From: Camelus dromedarius | Lineage: Eukaryota | NCBI RefSeq assembly: GCF_036321535.1 | Contig: NC_087436.1 | Location: 82,152,001-82,216,000, forward strand | DNA: 64,000 nt | Direction of reading: 5' to 3' | In this document: positions 1 to 13,399 of the stretch, piece by piece | How positions within the stretch are numbered: the first letter of the stretch is position 1 | How the letters are laid out: every line of letters starts with the position of its first letter | Program-made: the position numbers and the translations under genes | The notes under the pieces: model-generated | What the model was told of the DNA's origin: nothing | Seen by the model: the letters and a program-made list of their open reading frames with translations, nothing else | Databases searched by the model: none

Positions 1-539
1 GACAGTGATTTCATTTTGGTTCTGTTAATCACAGGCTGTACTGTAGGGAGGTTAATTTGGCAGCAAAATATGGAGCTGGCAGAGGCTGGAGGTGGGAAGA
101 CCAGTTAGGCTGGGTCTCATGCCCATCACACCTGGTTGCTGCAGCCTCTTGGAGGGGGCAGGGTGAGAGAGTGATACACTGAGAAGTAATCTACAGAATT
201 GCTTAGTAGGTTATGCTGAATTTTACATTGGGCTTCCCAATTCTGCCTCAGACAATCCCCCCACCTCTTTTTTTTTTTTTTTTTTGTGCTTAAAATCACC
301 CTTTATAGTAGGAAAAAAAAGGAAGTGTGCAAATTACGGTGTGGCCTTCAAATTTTAATGCAAATATTTAGACTAGAATAGCAGCTTACCTTTTTCCTTA
401 TTTCTGGAAGCAGATTGATTTGGTAGAGAGATAGGAAGTACCAAATAACAGATTTGCTCAGCTTTATTTCCTGGAATTAGAATGATGACCAAGAAAGCTT
501 TTATTATGAAAGCCCCACCCCCACTTTTAGAGTTTTTTT

Positions 540-730
540 GTTCATTCATTCATTTAGTATTTATTGAACGTTTACTATGTCAGATGGTACGTTAAAATCT
601 GGTGTCTAAAGAGGATCAAGATATAAGGGGTCCCTTTAACCAGAGAGATAAGGCACACGGATAAATAATGAAACTGTGTGATATAAGTATTCTAATGGAA
701 GTGTCAATAAGGTGTTGCAGGGTCGTGGAA
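540..730 (-). mobile_element. L2 3'-end fragment
   Basis: ttcattcattcatttagtatttattgaacgtttactatgt is the antisense L2 tail. Confidence 0.65.
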
Positions 731-1433
731 GGAGGTGACATGTCCTGTGTAAGAGCTCCCCACTGAGAACCACGGTTACTCTGATTCATTTTTACTTTCT
801 TTGGGGGGCTTTGGGGTCATGCCATCTCGCTTGTAGCATCGCTGTGGCAGAGTTCAACTTAGTCCTACCTAAACTTTAGAGTTTTTAGAAATGCAGTGAT
901 TTCTATATTAAATATGGTCTCCTTCTAAAGGCTGTTCCACCATTATCATTTTGGTTGCTGTGAATTTGCTTTTCTTCCAAGGTTTTAAGTGCAAATGAAG
1001 GGAATCAGACAGGAAATGCCATCAAGAATCGCTAACTTATGATTTCCTGAAAGGATGATATTTCTTCTAATTAACAGTATGCAAATCAAGTATCTCAGAG
1101 GCTAACAATTGGAAACAACCACAAGGAAGCTTTTCACATACACTTTTAAGAAGTTGAATGTAATGTTTTGCTCACATCAGTTAAATTCAGAAAAGAACTT
1201 TGGTGACTAGCTAAGGTTGGGGGTCATGACACCAAGAACAACTCTCAGCTCGTGGTTTAGAAGGTTCTGCTGTCCCTTTCTGGTCTCAGATTCCAGGCCC
1301 TCTTTCTTTCCCTGTTGTCTTGTAAATACTATTGACAGTAACTGCCTGGACTTCTCCAGCTGACTCCAGTTCCCTGTTCCTCTAGCCAGCTGCTGCCTCC
1401 TCCATCCCCCGTGTCTGCTGGAGTGAACTTTCT

Positions 1434-1601
1434 TCTTCTTCTTTTTTTAAAGACTATTATTATTAAAAAATTTTTTTTGTTGGTGGGGGAGGTAATTAGG
1501 TTTATTTAGTTATTTATTTTTAGAGGAGGTACTGGGGATTTGACCCAGGACCTTGTGCATGCTAAGTGTGTGCTCTACCACTTGAGCTATACCCTCCCCT
1601 C
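1434..1601 (-). mobile_element. tRNA-derived SINE (camelid Vic-1-like)
   Basis: Reverse complement reads ggggagggtatagctcaagtggtagagc...ggtcaaatccccagtacctcc...aaacctaattacctccccc plus an A-rich tail. TSD ctggagtg(aa/gt)ctttct at 1418-1433 and 1602-1617. Confidence 0.9.
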
Positions 1602-1899
1602 CTGGAGTGGTCTTTCTAACCCACAACTGTTTAAAAAACTCTGCTGGATCACTGTTGCCTAAGGAGCATGTTGAGGGTGTATGCAGCCTGATAGGCACTC
1701 ACCTCTTTGGTGCTTGCCCTGTGTGTCTCCTGGGCTCCCTGCAGAGCAACATGAGTTTTCATTGCTTCCCCTCCGAAAGCCATGTCTTCCTGTACTTCTG
1801 TGTTCCTGACCCTGTTGGTCCCAGGCCTGGAATGGTCTTCCAACACTACTTTGTTTTCCTGGGAAAAGCCTGTTTATCCTACCTTCACCTTTATTTGGT

Positions 1900-2350
1900 T
1901 TCAGTTCAACAAACATTTATTTAGGGCTTCCTGTGCACCGTGTGCTGGGGATACAAAACTCCTTAAGACAGTCTTAAAAGACTTAAAAGTCTTCAAAGAC
2001 ATTTAAACAAGTAATTACAGTGAAGCATGATAAAGGTTGATTGTCATAGGGTAAGTACAGGAGAACTAAGTGTAGAAATGTAAATGCAAACGAGGAGTTA
2101 TAATACAGTGTGATAAGCTCAAGGATGGTGGGTTGTGACAAAGGATACTTGATCATGGGAGGGGCACACAGTTTTTATTGCCATGCCGAGGAAGGCTTTG
2201 GTGAGGGGTGGCTGAGGGGCTTTCCACGTAGGAGCACAGAGGTTTGAAACAACTTGAGTTGTGTTCACAGAATTTAAAGTAGTTTGATATTACTGAAGTT
2301 TTATGGTGCAAGGAGCCCAGAGGCAGGAGATGAGGCTGAGAAGTGGGTGA
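1900..2350 (-). mobile_element. L2 fragment(s)
   Basis: ttcaacaaacatttattt...gtgctggggataca...ggagatgaggctgaga. Confidence 0.6.
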
Positions 2351-4623
2351 TCACAAAAGGAGCTCTGTGCCAGAACTGGGCTCTGGCTTTCCCATGTCCG
2401 ACATCTAGGACAAAATTAAAAAAAAATAATCATTCTGTGCCCTCAGTTTCCTGGTCTGTCAAACTGAAATGGCAGCAGCAACCTCAGGTTACTGTAAGGA
2501 TTGAAAACGGCAGGCGCCCACTAGCTGCAGGTGGTGGTGGTCGTGGCTTTTGCGTTGAGTGGAGATAAGCTTTGACCTATTGTAGACCCTTGAAGGGTTC
2601 TTTGCGGTGGAACGATTTGATCGTCTGTTTTTTCAAATACTGTTTTAGAGTGGATATGAGCATGTATGAGTGTTGGGGAGGAGGGGGCTGGGATTGAAGT
2701 TTTGTGGATTCTCTGAGCTCACCTTTCCCCCTCAGTCCCTGCATAATGACTTGTTCCTTCACCTGTGTTCCCACATCATTTTCTCTCCACAGTGGCATTT
2801 TCCCATTGTATTTTATAGTTCGTGTTTCTCACGCAGTAGACTGAGTTCCCTCCAGGTGTTAGGGACTAGGGGTTACTCATCTTTTCAGGCCACTGCCAAG
2901 AATAGTGCCTAATACTGAGCTTACTGGGTACCCGGTAAGTGTTTGTTGAATTTATTTGGAAGGTTTACTAGGGAGTTGCCCTAACGTATAATTCAGGAGA
3001 AAGGTCCTCCCATGGAAAAGTCTGGGCTTGTTACTATGGGAGGGTGTTTTCATTCTTTCATACACCAAATATTTATTGAATGCCTACTTCACATGGTGCT
3101 GTGGGGGATACAGAGATGAATCAGCCGTGTACTCTGCCCTGGGTTGTGTTGACTCTTACAGTCTTAATTGTGGGTGTGAGGGGAAAGGTAAATGGTTGCT
3201 GATAGGTTTAGTGAGAAGTAAGCTATGAAGTGGTTTAGTTATATTGGGGTTTTTGTTTAGATGTGTAATTACTTCAATCAAAGAATCTCAGAATTACTTT
3301 TTAATACTGTCTTATTGGTGGTGGTAGCTTCTTTCTCGTTGCTACATTTCATGCTTGTATCATGACAGACTCTGTCTAGTAAATTGCACAGTATAAAAAG
3401 TTTCATTGTAAGCCTGCTGGCTTCTCAGATTCTAATCCTGAGTGGAAAGGATTCCACCCATGTGGAATAGGGGTTGTATCCTTGTCCTTCAACAGAATAC
3501 CTCCCTGGACTCTCTTCTTGGATTACTTTTTGTGGACTCCATAATCAGTGCTGGACATTACATCAGGTTAGAGGTACCTAGTTACAGGGTTTAATTATAG
3601 TAGTTTAAACTTTTGGTTGTATCTCTTTCTGCTTTTCTCACCATAATTCTGGCACCTGTGGCCTATCCCACCACCTCTTTAAGATTTTTATTTTTAAAAT
3701 AGAAAAGGCAGGTTTGTTCTGTTGTGACCATTTATTACTCGTGGCTCAGACCATCTCTAAAGCCTAGAAAACCCTTTCTCTTTTGACCCAGTGAACTGTT
3801 GTTGAAAGTTTGCCTCAGATACTCTCTACTCCAGTGATGTGCCGATGACTGGGGTGCCCACTAAACACTTAACTTCTTCCATGGCCTTCCCACGCCCCTC
3901 TGCCCAGCCTGTGTTAGCACATCAGGGGCAGGTCCTGGTGCAACAAACCCCTCAAATATGTATTGATTAGATGAACTGATATGAATAAAGTCTGTGTGTG
4001 TGTTGGGGGGGAGTGTATTTAAATTACTCAGATTTTTTAAGGAATGTGTTTAATAGTTCTTTTTTTATCTTTGTGGAAAGTTTGTATGAAAACTCTTACT
4101 CTACAATATCAAACCTGTCAAAACAGTTATGGTTTTAAAATGTCCCTTTGATATGAAAAGATGCTCAGTCATGCATACTAAGAGGGATGCAAATGAAAAC
4201 TACACAGCACTATCAGATCTTGTCTATCAGGGGTGGTAAAAAGCAAAAGTTCAACAGCACGTTTTGTTGATAAGACTGTAGGGGGGACGGTACTGCGCTC
4301 CCACTCAGAGTGGTGGGAACGCAGCATGCAGAGCCCTCGGAGGGGAATTGGCGGTAGGGAGCAGAGTTACATTTGCATTTACCTTTTGATCTAGCCAGCT
4401 CCCTTCTAGGAATTTATCCTCAAGATACACTGGCAAAAATAAGAAAAAGATATCTGTAAGTTTATTTATTACGGACTGTGTGTGATAGCAAAAGACTGGG
4501 AACAACCCAAATGTCAACAGGGAGTTGGTGTTTAAAAATCAGGTCCTGCAACACAGTGGAGCGCTACACAACTATAAAAAGAAATGGGGACTGTTTTCTG
4601 CTGTTGTGTGATCTCTAAGATAT

Positions 4624-4757
4624 TTTATTTTATTTAAAAAAATTTTTGTGTGTTTTGGGGAAGGTAATTAGGTATTTATTTATTTTAGTGGAGGTACTGG
4701 GGAATGAACCTGGGACCTTGTGCATGCTAGGCGCTACTTTAACACATAGCTATACCT
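4624..4757 (-). mobile_element. tRNA-derived SINE (Vic-1-like), diverged, nested in an old L1
   Basis: Same family motifs (ggtaattagg, gaggtactgggga.tgaacc.gggaccttgtgcatgcta). Direct repeat tctctaagatat at 4612-4623 and 4777-4788. Confidence 0.85.
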
Positions 4758-5122
4758 TTAAGATGAGCCTAAATTTTCTCTAAGATATATAATTTTAAAA
4801 AATAAGGTGCAGAATATTATGTATAGTTATGCTATCTTTTATTTAGTAAGGGAAGAAGACTATGAAAATGTATATGTATTTGCTTGTATTAAAAAATATG
4901 TAATAAGAGGATAAACCAAAAACTGATGGGGGAACAAAAACAAGCTAGATGCACCTGAATGTACCTTGCTTTGTGGCTCACTTTGGAACTACTAAATGTT
5001 ACACACAATTACAAAACAAAATCAAAGAGGGGAAAACGATCCGTTAAAAATTGAAAGCAACAATGAGCAAGTGAAATTAATAGTTTCTGTAATTGGTGGT
5101 TTATATTTACTGAGAGGAATCG

Positions 5123-6179
5123 CAGTCAGTCCTTATTTTGCACAGTTCCAGTACACACACACTTCAGTTGTCATGGTTTAAATGACACCAGTCCTCCAAC
5201 ACAGTGATTCAAATTTCAGTGAGCACAGCAGTTTCATAAAGCACAAACTTTGCTGCCAGCTCATTACTCCACAAATCACTGTTTAAATAACAGACAGCAT
5301 CATGATCAGTGACCAGTCATGTCACTGCTTTTAAAGCCTTTTGGTGATTGGTCGCTGAGGTGGTCATTTAGCTCATGCACAGATAGCAAAGCCTGTCACT
5401 GTGTTGCCTCCTTGTCTCCCAGTTATAAACCCGTGTGACCTTTCACACAGATGCATAGTCGAAAGAGAGAATTGGCCAACAAAGACCAAAGTGCAGGACA
5501 GAAACAATAAGTGACAATGCTGGGAGTGAAATTCAAATAGCGCCTGAGTGAAGTTAGAGAAGAAATAGCTGACTGTGGGCATGTGCTGCCAGGGGAGCGG
5601 AGTGGAAGTAACACTGAAATAAATAAGCCAAGTGGTTGAGATGGAAAGGATGACGACGTCTCAGAGGAAGTGGTGCCTCAAAGTGCTCACATTAAAAGAA
5701 CTCCCAGAGATATTTCACCACCTTTAAAGTTGATCCATTGTGACACTTGGCTAGGGCATGGAAAAGATGTCCGCTTGTGTCATAAGTTACGTGATAAGGA
5801 GAAGCAGGCACTGCTCAAAGAACTCTTTTTTTAAACAAATGAAACCCCTCAATTCTCAAATGTGTCTAATGTCTTAGATCACAGTACACTAAATGAAATG
5901 TTAGTTTTCCTATTTTGTTCATTTCCCCGTAAACTGGTAACTATATTAAGTACTTATATGTATCATTTTGTATATACTATTTATATGTAACATATTCCTT
6001 ATATATATATTAGTTTTTTTGCCTATAAACTTATGAACTTTTAGTGTTTTGAAAAAAATTGGTTAAAGACATGAAACAACTGTAATTTACCCCATTGATT
6101 ATTAACGATTGTTTTGTGGAGTTTTAGCCTGGGCAGTCCTTTTTATGTCCTGCACTCCTCTGCCAGTGAGGATCGTCTG
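5123..6179 (+). mobile_element. Tigger-family (TcMar) DNA transposon deletion derivative
   Basis: Degenerate TIRs cagtcagtccttattttgc / gccagtgaggatcgtctg|ta. Decayed transposase N-terminus at 5451 (MHSRKRELANKDQSAGQKQ*VTMLGVKF). Confidence 0.75.
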
Positions 6180-9100
6180 TACTTTAAGTAACTTTTAATG
6201 ACAGAGAAACCTTAAACTGTTCTCAGCAAACATGTTTAGTAACGACGTAGCTATCATTATTGCACTGGTTAGGAAACAAAATTTTCAGTGTGAGAGAAAA
6301 GAGATACAAACAGAATCAAAGAGGCTAAGTAAAAACACTATAACCCTAAATTTAATTGAAAATATCAATGGAAACTAACGCTGCCTAGTATGTTTTCAAA
6401 AATTGCATTTCCTTCTTCTGGCCCTTGAGGAGAGAAACATAAAAATGGCCAACGCAGCGGCAGGGCACTCTCCCAGACCCCACGGTATAGATTTTACACA
6501 CCATTTCTCACTAAAAGGAATCGGGGCTTTTTGCAGTAAAGACTGGAATTAGATTCTAGATCTGGGTCTGGAAATGTACAAGATGAGCCTACCTTTTCTC
6601 ATCATCACCAGAAAACAAACACTATCAGAGATTATTGGTGTGAGAGCAGGAGGACTCCAGAAACAACTTGAAGGGTTTCTTGCAGCCAAAGATCAGCCAG
6701 TGGGACACAAACGAATAAAAACTGCAGTGGATAAAAACACATCAAATGTTTAAACCCATGGATTTAAAATGATACTAAAACAACAAAATCCATTAGTTAC
6801 CTTTGGAGAATGGTAGAGAACCAATATATAATTTTTAAAAAACAAAAAAAGAAACAAAGAATCAAGTGTTTAGCCTAATTTCCTGAATACTTTGGGTAAC
6901 CAAATAATTAATGAGGAAAAGTTATTTAAAAAAATAACAAAATAAGAAAAAATAGCAAATACAGTGATAGCATTGGAATATTATCATTCCAATATTCATT
7001 TTCAAACTGGGTAGGCAGTGATTACCAGTAGCTGATAATATCATTATGTTAAAAGATGGTGAGAAACTTTTTAATGGGATGGTTTGGGATGGCTATTATT
7101 ACCCAAATCCATTATTTAATGTTAATTTTTTTTTTTAAAGAGTTAACTATTGTGTATCCTGACGGGATTCCGTGGGATGTAGACAAACCATCCATGAAAC
7201 AGTCTTTCCAAAAGTTTGGACAGGAATCTGATCAAGCCAGTTTATTGGAAATACACTGGACTGAGAAACGTGTTACAGGACACTTCATGCTATCAGCAAA
7301 ATCCACAATGTGAGAACTCTGTAGAAAATAATTTTCCCCCAAATAAACCTCAAGAAAAAAATACATAGATTATTAAAAGACTGAACAGGCCTATCAGCTC
7401 TGTAATGAAAGGACCTTGTTTGGGTCTGGGCACATCAATTAAATTTGAAGACTAACTGGATAGTTGAGATTATTAAAGGAAAATTTTATGAATATGAATA
7501 TTAAAGGGAAAGTTTTAGGTGGGATAGTAGTATTGTGGTTATGTTCTTTTTTTTTTTTTTTAAATCTTCATCTGTAAGTCTGTTTAAAGCTGTAAAACGG
7601 TGGTACTTGAATTTCTCACATGTGAGGTAGGGAAGAGGATTAGATGTCTTTTCTGTTTGCTCTCTGCTCTTTATGTCGTAGCCACTCCCTCTTGTTTTCC
7701 TTCTCCTAGTCTTACACTGTTATGTGCAAGCAGTTGTGTTGCTTGTGGACAAGGCTTTATTTAATCTGTGCACCTCTGGGGGCAGGAACTCCAGGGCTCG
7801 GGCCGATCGACCTGACTGACCCTAGAAAGCTGCTCTGTGCTTTTCTCCTGGTCACTTGCCCCCTCCCTAGCAGGGTCTGAACACAACAGTTCTGAACCTT
7901 GAGCCAGGGGTCTGCCAGGGGCTTGACAACAATTTATAGACAGGACTGAGTCAGACTTGGCTGAGAGCCAGCCCTCCATGTGGAAGTCCTCATTCCTGAA
8001 GAGGGGATAACTAATACCCATGTGGAAACCGGAGGCAGTAACCGTTGTAGTGTAGTAAAGATTTAGCCCTTTAGACTGCATGAGTTGTGAAAGGCAGCGG
8101 TGGGGTTGGGGGGCACTGGCACCCCTGCTTTGGTAATATCCAAAGAGTCTTGGCTAGCTGTTGACATCAGAGAGGTATGAACAAAACACACGGCCATAGG
8201 ATCCATCTTCAGAGAACTGTACACGAGAGCTTGTGTACAGCACAATTTCTTGAAACCCCAGGCTCCCCGAGAGCAGTTTCAGGCTGGGCTCAGAGAGGCT
8301 GCTGTCCATGAAACAAAACTGCTAGCCACCAGCCATGAGTGGGGAGAGTGCAAGGAGGTTCTTGCCAAAGATGTCTTGGGTAATGTGCTATAGACGTCAT
8401 CAAAGTTGGTTGAAAACCTAGGGCTTAAGTATCGCATGTAGGCTGTAGGAAGCTGTCCAAAACCAGTGAATTTCCCAGGACCTTGACTTAACTCTGAGAA
8501 TAAATGTATGAGTGTTAGGAAAATTGTTTGGGTCGACAGTGTTTCTTGATTTATTATTTTATCTTGGTCTCTCAGCTGTGACCCACTTATCTGAGGTTGT
8601 TGGAAATCTATAACCTACATATATGGTTGGCCCCTTGCAACTATACATTTGTTAAAGTGAGGGAGGAGAGAGAAATTCTGTGAGTTGAAATTGTTTCAGC
8701 CAAGTTAGTTCGTATTCTAAAATCACTTCCTAGTCATAAAATGATTGTCCTTGATGTCACCACCATCAGTAACTGTATTACTGTGACCCAGTCATGTTGT
8801 GCAGTAGCATTAACCTGTAGCTCTGCAAACTTCCTACCACCATCTTTTCTGAAGGATGAAAACGACGTTTTCACGTGACTTGTGAATCATTGTGGGGGAC
8901 TGTAGGGTTCATGGTACCAAAATATCGGGTGAAAAACAGGACTGGAGTTCGATGTTTACTTCAAATTGCTTTTAAAAAAAAATATCCTTATGCTTAGTCA
9001 TTGAAAAATGGTAGGTGCTCTGGTCCCAGATGTTGAATTTCAACCCCAAACACTCCTAAAGAAAACCAAACCAACCATGATAATAAATCACCGTTTGCAT

Positions 9101-9259
9101 TTCGCAGGAGCCATCTAGCTGGGCTCGAAAGTCATGTCAAATTTGGGAGTGTTGTGATGAAACAGATATCACGAAAAATGATTTTCTGAAAACATGGAAG
9201 TAACCCTGCGACTGTTTCCTTGAGAGAGTGACAGTAGCTTCTCCAGAGAGGCTGCATGA

Positions 9260-9500
9260 GTGGCGTAGTGACTAGGAGTCAGGAACCTGGAGCCAGAGAC
9301 CTAGGGTCATAGCTCTGTCCCACCACTTACAAACCCCTGACTTGGAGAAAATTACCAGCTTCCTGGGCCTCACTTTTCTTATCTGTAAAGCAGGATGGTA
9401 ATACTGTACTTGGCTTAACAGCTTGTGTTGAGAATTAACTTAATACCAGCAAAGCACTCAGGACAAGGCCAGGCGTATTATAGGCCATCAGCAAGCACTG
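9260..9500 (+). mobile_element. MIR SINE
   Basis: ggagccagagacctagggt...ccaccacttac...tgacttggagaaa...ctgggcctcacttttcttatctgtaaa. Confidence 0.75.
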
Positions 9501-9948
9501 GCAATTCGTATCACTAACAGAACCATTCCGATCACTCTGCTTGCCATTATGCTCAGGCTGTGGTATTTAAGACTGTTCCTGAGTGTCTCCAACATGTGTA
9601 CTGAGGGAGTATACTCGTATTGGAGGGAAAGTCATCTTTCAGTGAATTTCCAAGTGGAAGTGTAGGGCCCGATATGTTATTGAGCATTGAGGCCTGAGGC
9701 CAGCAGTGGCTTTAGCTTTGAGGTGTTCAAACACTCACAACTTCCCAGCTGAGAATTCTTACCTTGGCCCCTCCTTCCTGAGAACATAGGCAGTGCTGTA
9801 AACTGAAACTGCTGTCATTTTCTTAAATGCGTTCTTCAACATAATGCTTAAAACTAATTATTTAATTAGCTCAATCACCTATAGATCCTTGATCGGGAAA
9901 AGGTTTAATAGGTTATTAATCAACTTTTGGTTCTTTCAATTTGTTACA

Positions 9949-10164
9949 CAGTTGACCTTTGAACAATACAGGTTGGGACTACTCAGAATCATTTTCAATA
10001 AATGTCCTGCAGCACTGCATAATCCCACATGGGTTGAATTTGTGGACGCAGAACCCCAGACACGGAGGAACCCTGGGTATGGAGGGCGGACCATAAATGG
10101 TATGCAGTTATTTCTCCGCAGAGGGTTGGTGCCCCTAAACCTCGCATTGTTCAAGGGTCAGCTG
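9949..10164. mobile_element. Tigger2-like MITE
   Basis: TIRs cagttgacctttgaacaa / ttgttcaagggtcagctg, followed by TA. Confidence 0.88.
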
Positions 10165-11030
10165 TATTTTCAAGATATTTAAGACTTAGAAAATGGAGTA
10201 CCCTGTCTCTTAGTTACAGTAAGTGCTCAGAAGACAAGGATTAAAAAAAAAACCCCACAAACTCTTCTAAAAGGTTGCACAGGGCTTTGGACATTGTATG
10301 TGCTTAATAAATGTTGATTTCATTTCATTTGAATTTTCCTGTTTTGCATGTGACCTTGAAGGAGACAGAGCTCATGACAAATAAATCTCAACTAAAACTC
10401 CTCTGACAATTTGGAAGAAATCCTCAGTCCTGCAGTGGAAAGTAAAACTGAGACCCCAAGTTAGATTTTGAATTGTTTGGATTTAAACATTTGCTAGGAA
10501 TAAAAACCGCACAGTTAGGACAGGCCCGGGTATCACAAAAAACTGTCAGTAGTTAACTTCTTTTATGTATGTGGAGATCAGATCTTGTGTAACTTACACA
10601 TTGCAATTTACTGATCATTGTGGCTTGTCTATGTATGTGGTTTTTTTTCCCCTCACAAAAGGAAAAAACAGCCCTGCAAAGAAAGACTGGGAAATATTCC
10701 CTTTCTTCCAATTCTTAAATCTTTCCCTTTTCTTATGTGTAATCAGGAAAATTTGAGGGTAGTTTGAAGGGATGGAAAAACCTCCAACAACAGAGAGGAC
10801 TGTCCCAAGGCATTGTTTACAGATCAGTGTTTTAGACTGAATATCAGGGAATATTGGTCACTTGTTTTTGAGAGGTTAAGCTGCTCTTTTTGTTGTCGAG
10901 TTTTACATATATTTTACTATTTTATTTGTAAGTCTAATTAATTCTAACAATTATTTTAGGGAAGATTTTATAATTTAATAAAATCTTAAATACTCTAATA
11001 AAATAATAGTTTAAATGAATACTAATTTAA

Positions 11031-11554
11031 TATTTTTTGAAGCATAGTTGATGTACAATTATTATATGTTACAGGTGTACAGTAAAATGATTCACAGTTT
11101 TTAAAGGTTATACTCAAATAATCTGTGAGTTTATAGCTATAAAATATTGGCTATATTCCTTGTGTTGTATAATATATCTATGTGGCTTATTTTATACATA
11201 ACAGGTTGTACATCTTAATCCCCTACTCCTATATTGCCCCTTCCCCCTTCCTTCTCCCCACTGGTAACTGTTGTCTGTGTCTTTTTTTCCTGTTATATTC
11301 ACTGCTTTGTTGTATTTTTTAGATTCTACATATAAGTGTTATTATACAACATATGTCTTTGACTTACTTCACTTAGCATAATGGCCTCCAAGTCCATCCA
11401 TGTTGTTGCAAATGGCAAAATTTCTTTCTTTCTTTTTTTTTTTTAATGGCTGAGTGGTATTCTATTGTGTATATATTCCACATCTTATTAATCCATTCAT
11501 CTGTTGATGGACACTTAGGCTGCTTCCATATCTTGGCTGTTATAAATAATGCTG
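11031..11554 (-). mobile_element. LINE-1 3' fragment
   Basis: ORF 11373..11564 ALFITAKIWKQPKCPSTDEWINKMWNIYTIEYHSAIK is the L1 ORF2 C-terminus, followed by a typical 3' UTR. Confidence 0.92.
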
Positions 11555-11591
11555 GGTTAAGCAATTCTTAAATGTTCTGTATTTTCCAAGG

Positions 11592-11915
11592 CAGTGTTTC
11601 TCAAACTTTAATGGACATATGAATCCCGTAAGAATTTTGTTAAAATATGAATTCTGATTTGGTAGATCTGGAATGGAACCTAAGATTCTGCATTTCTACC
11701 AGGCATGCCGTCAGCTCACTGGGAGGGGCCAGCTTGAAAGCAGAGGTTCTCTAATTTAGCTGTACGTTAAGTCCCCTGAGGACATTTAAAAAACAGTGAT
11801 GCATGAGTCCCACCTGCAGAGATTAACTGGCCTGAGGTGTGGCCTGAGTATCAGGAATTTGTAAATCTCCCAGGTTAGGGGATACTCCTGTGTAGCCGAG
11901 GCTGTGAACCTCAGC
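11592..11915. mobile_element. Two adjacent MER5-like hAT MITE fragments
   Basis: cagtgtttctcaaactt...gattctgcatttcta and cagaggttctctaattt...aggaatttgtaaatctcccagg. Confidence 0.7.
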
Positions 11916-12875
11916 TCAGTCTGAAGGAATCTGCATTGTTTTCATTAGTTCACATCCAAGGGGGGAGTACCTTCAAAACGATGTCTTCTGTCTGTGTGTT
12001 TAATTCTTACTTTCTTCTATTTTTTCCCTTTTCCTTTGGATTTCATGTTTTGAAAGAGTCCCTCTACCAGACAAACTTACATTTAAATAATTTTGTTTGT
12101 TTTCCTATTTAAATTAATCAGACCACATGCAGTTGTGAGACTTCCTGGTCAGCATGAGCTAACTGTTATTACCACACCGAGTTGGCATCAGCTCTAGAAA
12201 GGCCCAAAGCGGAGTCCTTCACACACTTCCCATGGGCGAATACGTGATTTCCTTTGGACTTTCTGAAATGTTGAAAACAGTTGACTGGTCTCCACTTGCA
12301 TTTTGTGAACCCAGGTCAGAATCCGATGGTTGCATAATGAGAGTCCTCCCCAGATGGTGCTGGTTTGGGGGCTGATCTCTCACTCACGGGTAGGAGGAAA
12401 TCTTGCCAGCCGCCCCGCCGGCAGAGTTCTTCACAGTTCTGTGTTGCAGAGGTCATCTGTTAGCTGCAGTATCTTTTGGCTGCTTTTCCCTTCAGACGAG
12501 CAAACATTCCCCTTAATCCCATCTAGCCTCTTGACTTGACAGACGGAAGAGCTAAGAGTTTGTGGTAGGTAAAGAGTGTGAAGGTTAAGATATCAGAGAA
12601 GGCTTCTTCGAGGTTGGAATTTGAATAATGGTAGGGAGTCTTCCGCTGGAGAGGAGGGGAAGGGGCATTCCAACAAGGAGAAAATCCTCTGTGCAAAGCC
12701 TGGTGGCACAAGAGTCTGGCGGGAGGGCGTCTGTGGTGATGGGGTGGGGAGGGGATGGAGGGGATGGAGGGAGGTTGGTGGGTGAGAGAACTCCTGAGGT
12801 TGGGCCAAATTTGGGAGAGTATTGAATGCCTCTGAAAGAGGTTTAGTCTTCAGCCTGGAGGCAGGAAATACACAA

Positions 12876-12940
12876 TTTTTTTTCTTTTTCTTCCTTTCCT
12901 CCCTCTTTCTTTTCTTTCCTCTTTTCTTTCCTTTTCTTTT
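12876..12940 (+). repeat. ~65-nt pure polypyrimidine tract
   Basis: Uninterrupted T/C run ending in ttttcag at 12943. Confidence 0.9.
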
Positions 12941-13243
12941 CAGAGTAACATCTGATGTGTATTTTAGGAACAGTATATTCTATGTTCTGGCAGTGGGGTT
13001 GAAGGCTGAGTTGGGGGAGAGTTGGCAAGGGAAATAATTCTTACTAACCTATTGAAAAAGTGTAATGATGTATGAAGAAGAACCTGAATTCAGAGAATGG
13101 GAGGGGTTCTAGAAAAAATGGAAGACCTTATGATCATTTTTAATTTCCAAGAGGAATGAGATGTTGGAAATGTCAGTGAATTGGTACAATTTTGACTCTA
13201 TATACAATTTGGTAAGTTAAGGTTGCATACTGTTAGCCCTAGA

Positions 13244-13365
13244 GCGGTGGTTTCTAAACTTTACTGTAAAACAGAATCACCTGGAAGGCTTGTTGAAACT
13301 CTAATTGTTGGACCACACCCGGAAAGTTTCTGCTTTTGTAGGTTTGGGTGGGGCCTGAAAGTCTG
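13244..13365. mobile_element. MER5A-like fragment
   Basis: gtggtttctaaactt...cagaatcacctggaaggcttgttgaaac...gggtggggcctga. Confidence 0.75.
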
Positions 13366-13399
13366 CAAAAGAATGCAGGAATGGAGCCACTGAGGAACC

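Larger units (their letters stand above)
4130..7550 (+). mobile_element. Ancient L1M (ORF2 end and long 3' UTR) interrupted by a SINE and a Tigger
   Basis: Degenerate L1 motifs (atgcaaatgaaaactaca, ccttctaggaatttatcct, aagactgggaacaacccaaatgtc) with L1MC-like 3' UTR sequence at about 6200-7550. Boundaries approximate. Confidence 0.7.

Noticed and set aside
2513..2528. CTCF-like motif on the minus strand
   Set aside because: Two core mismatches, and it lies at the end of a decayed MIR-like segment.
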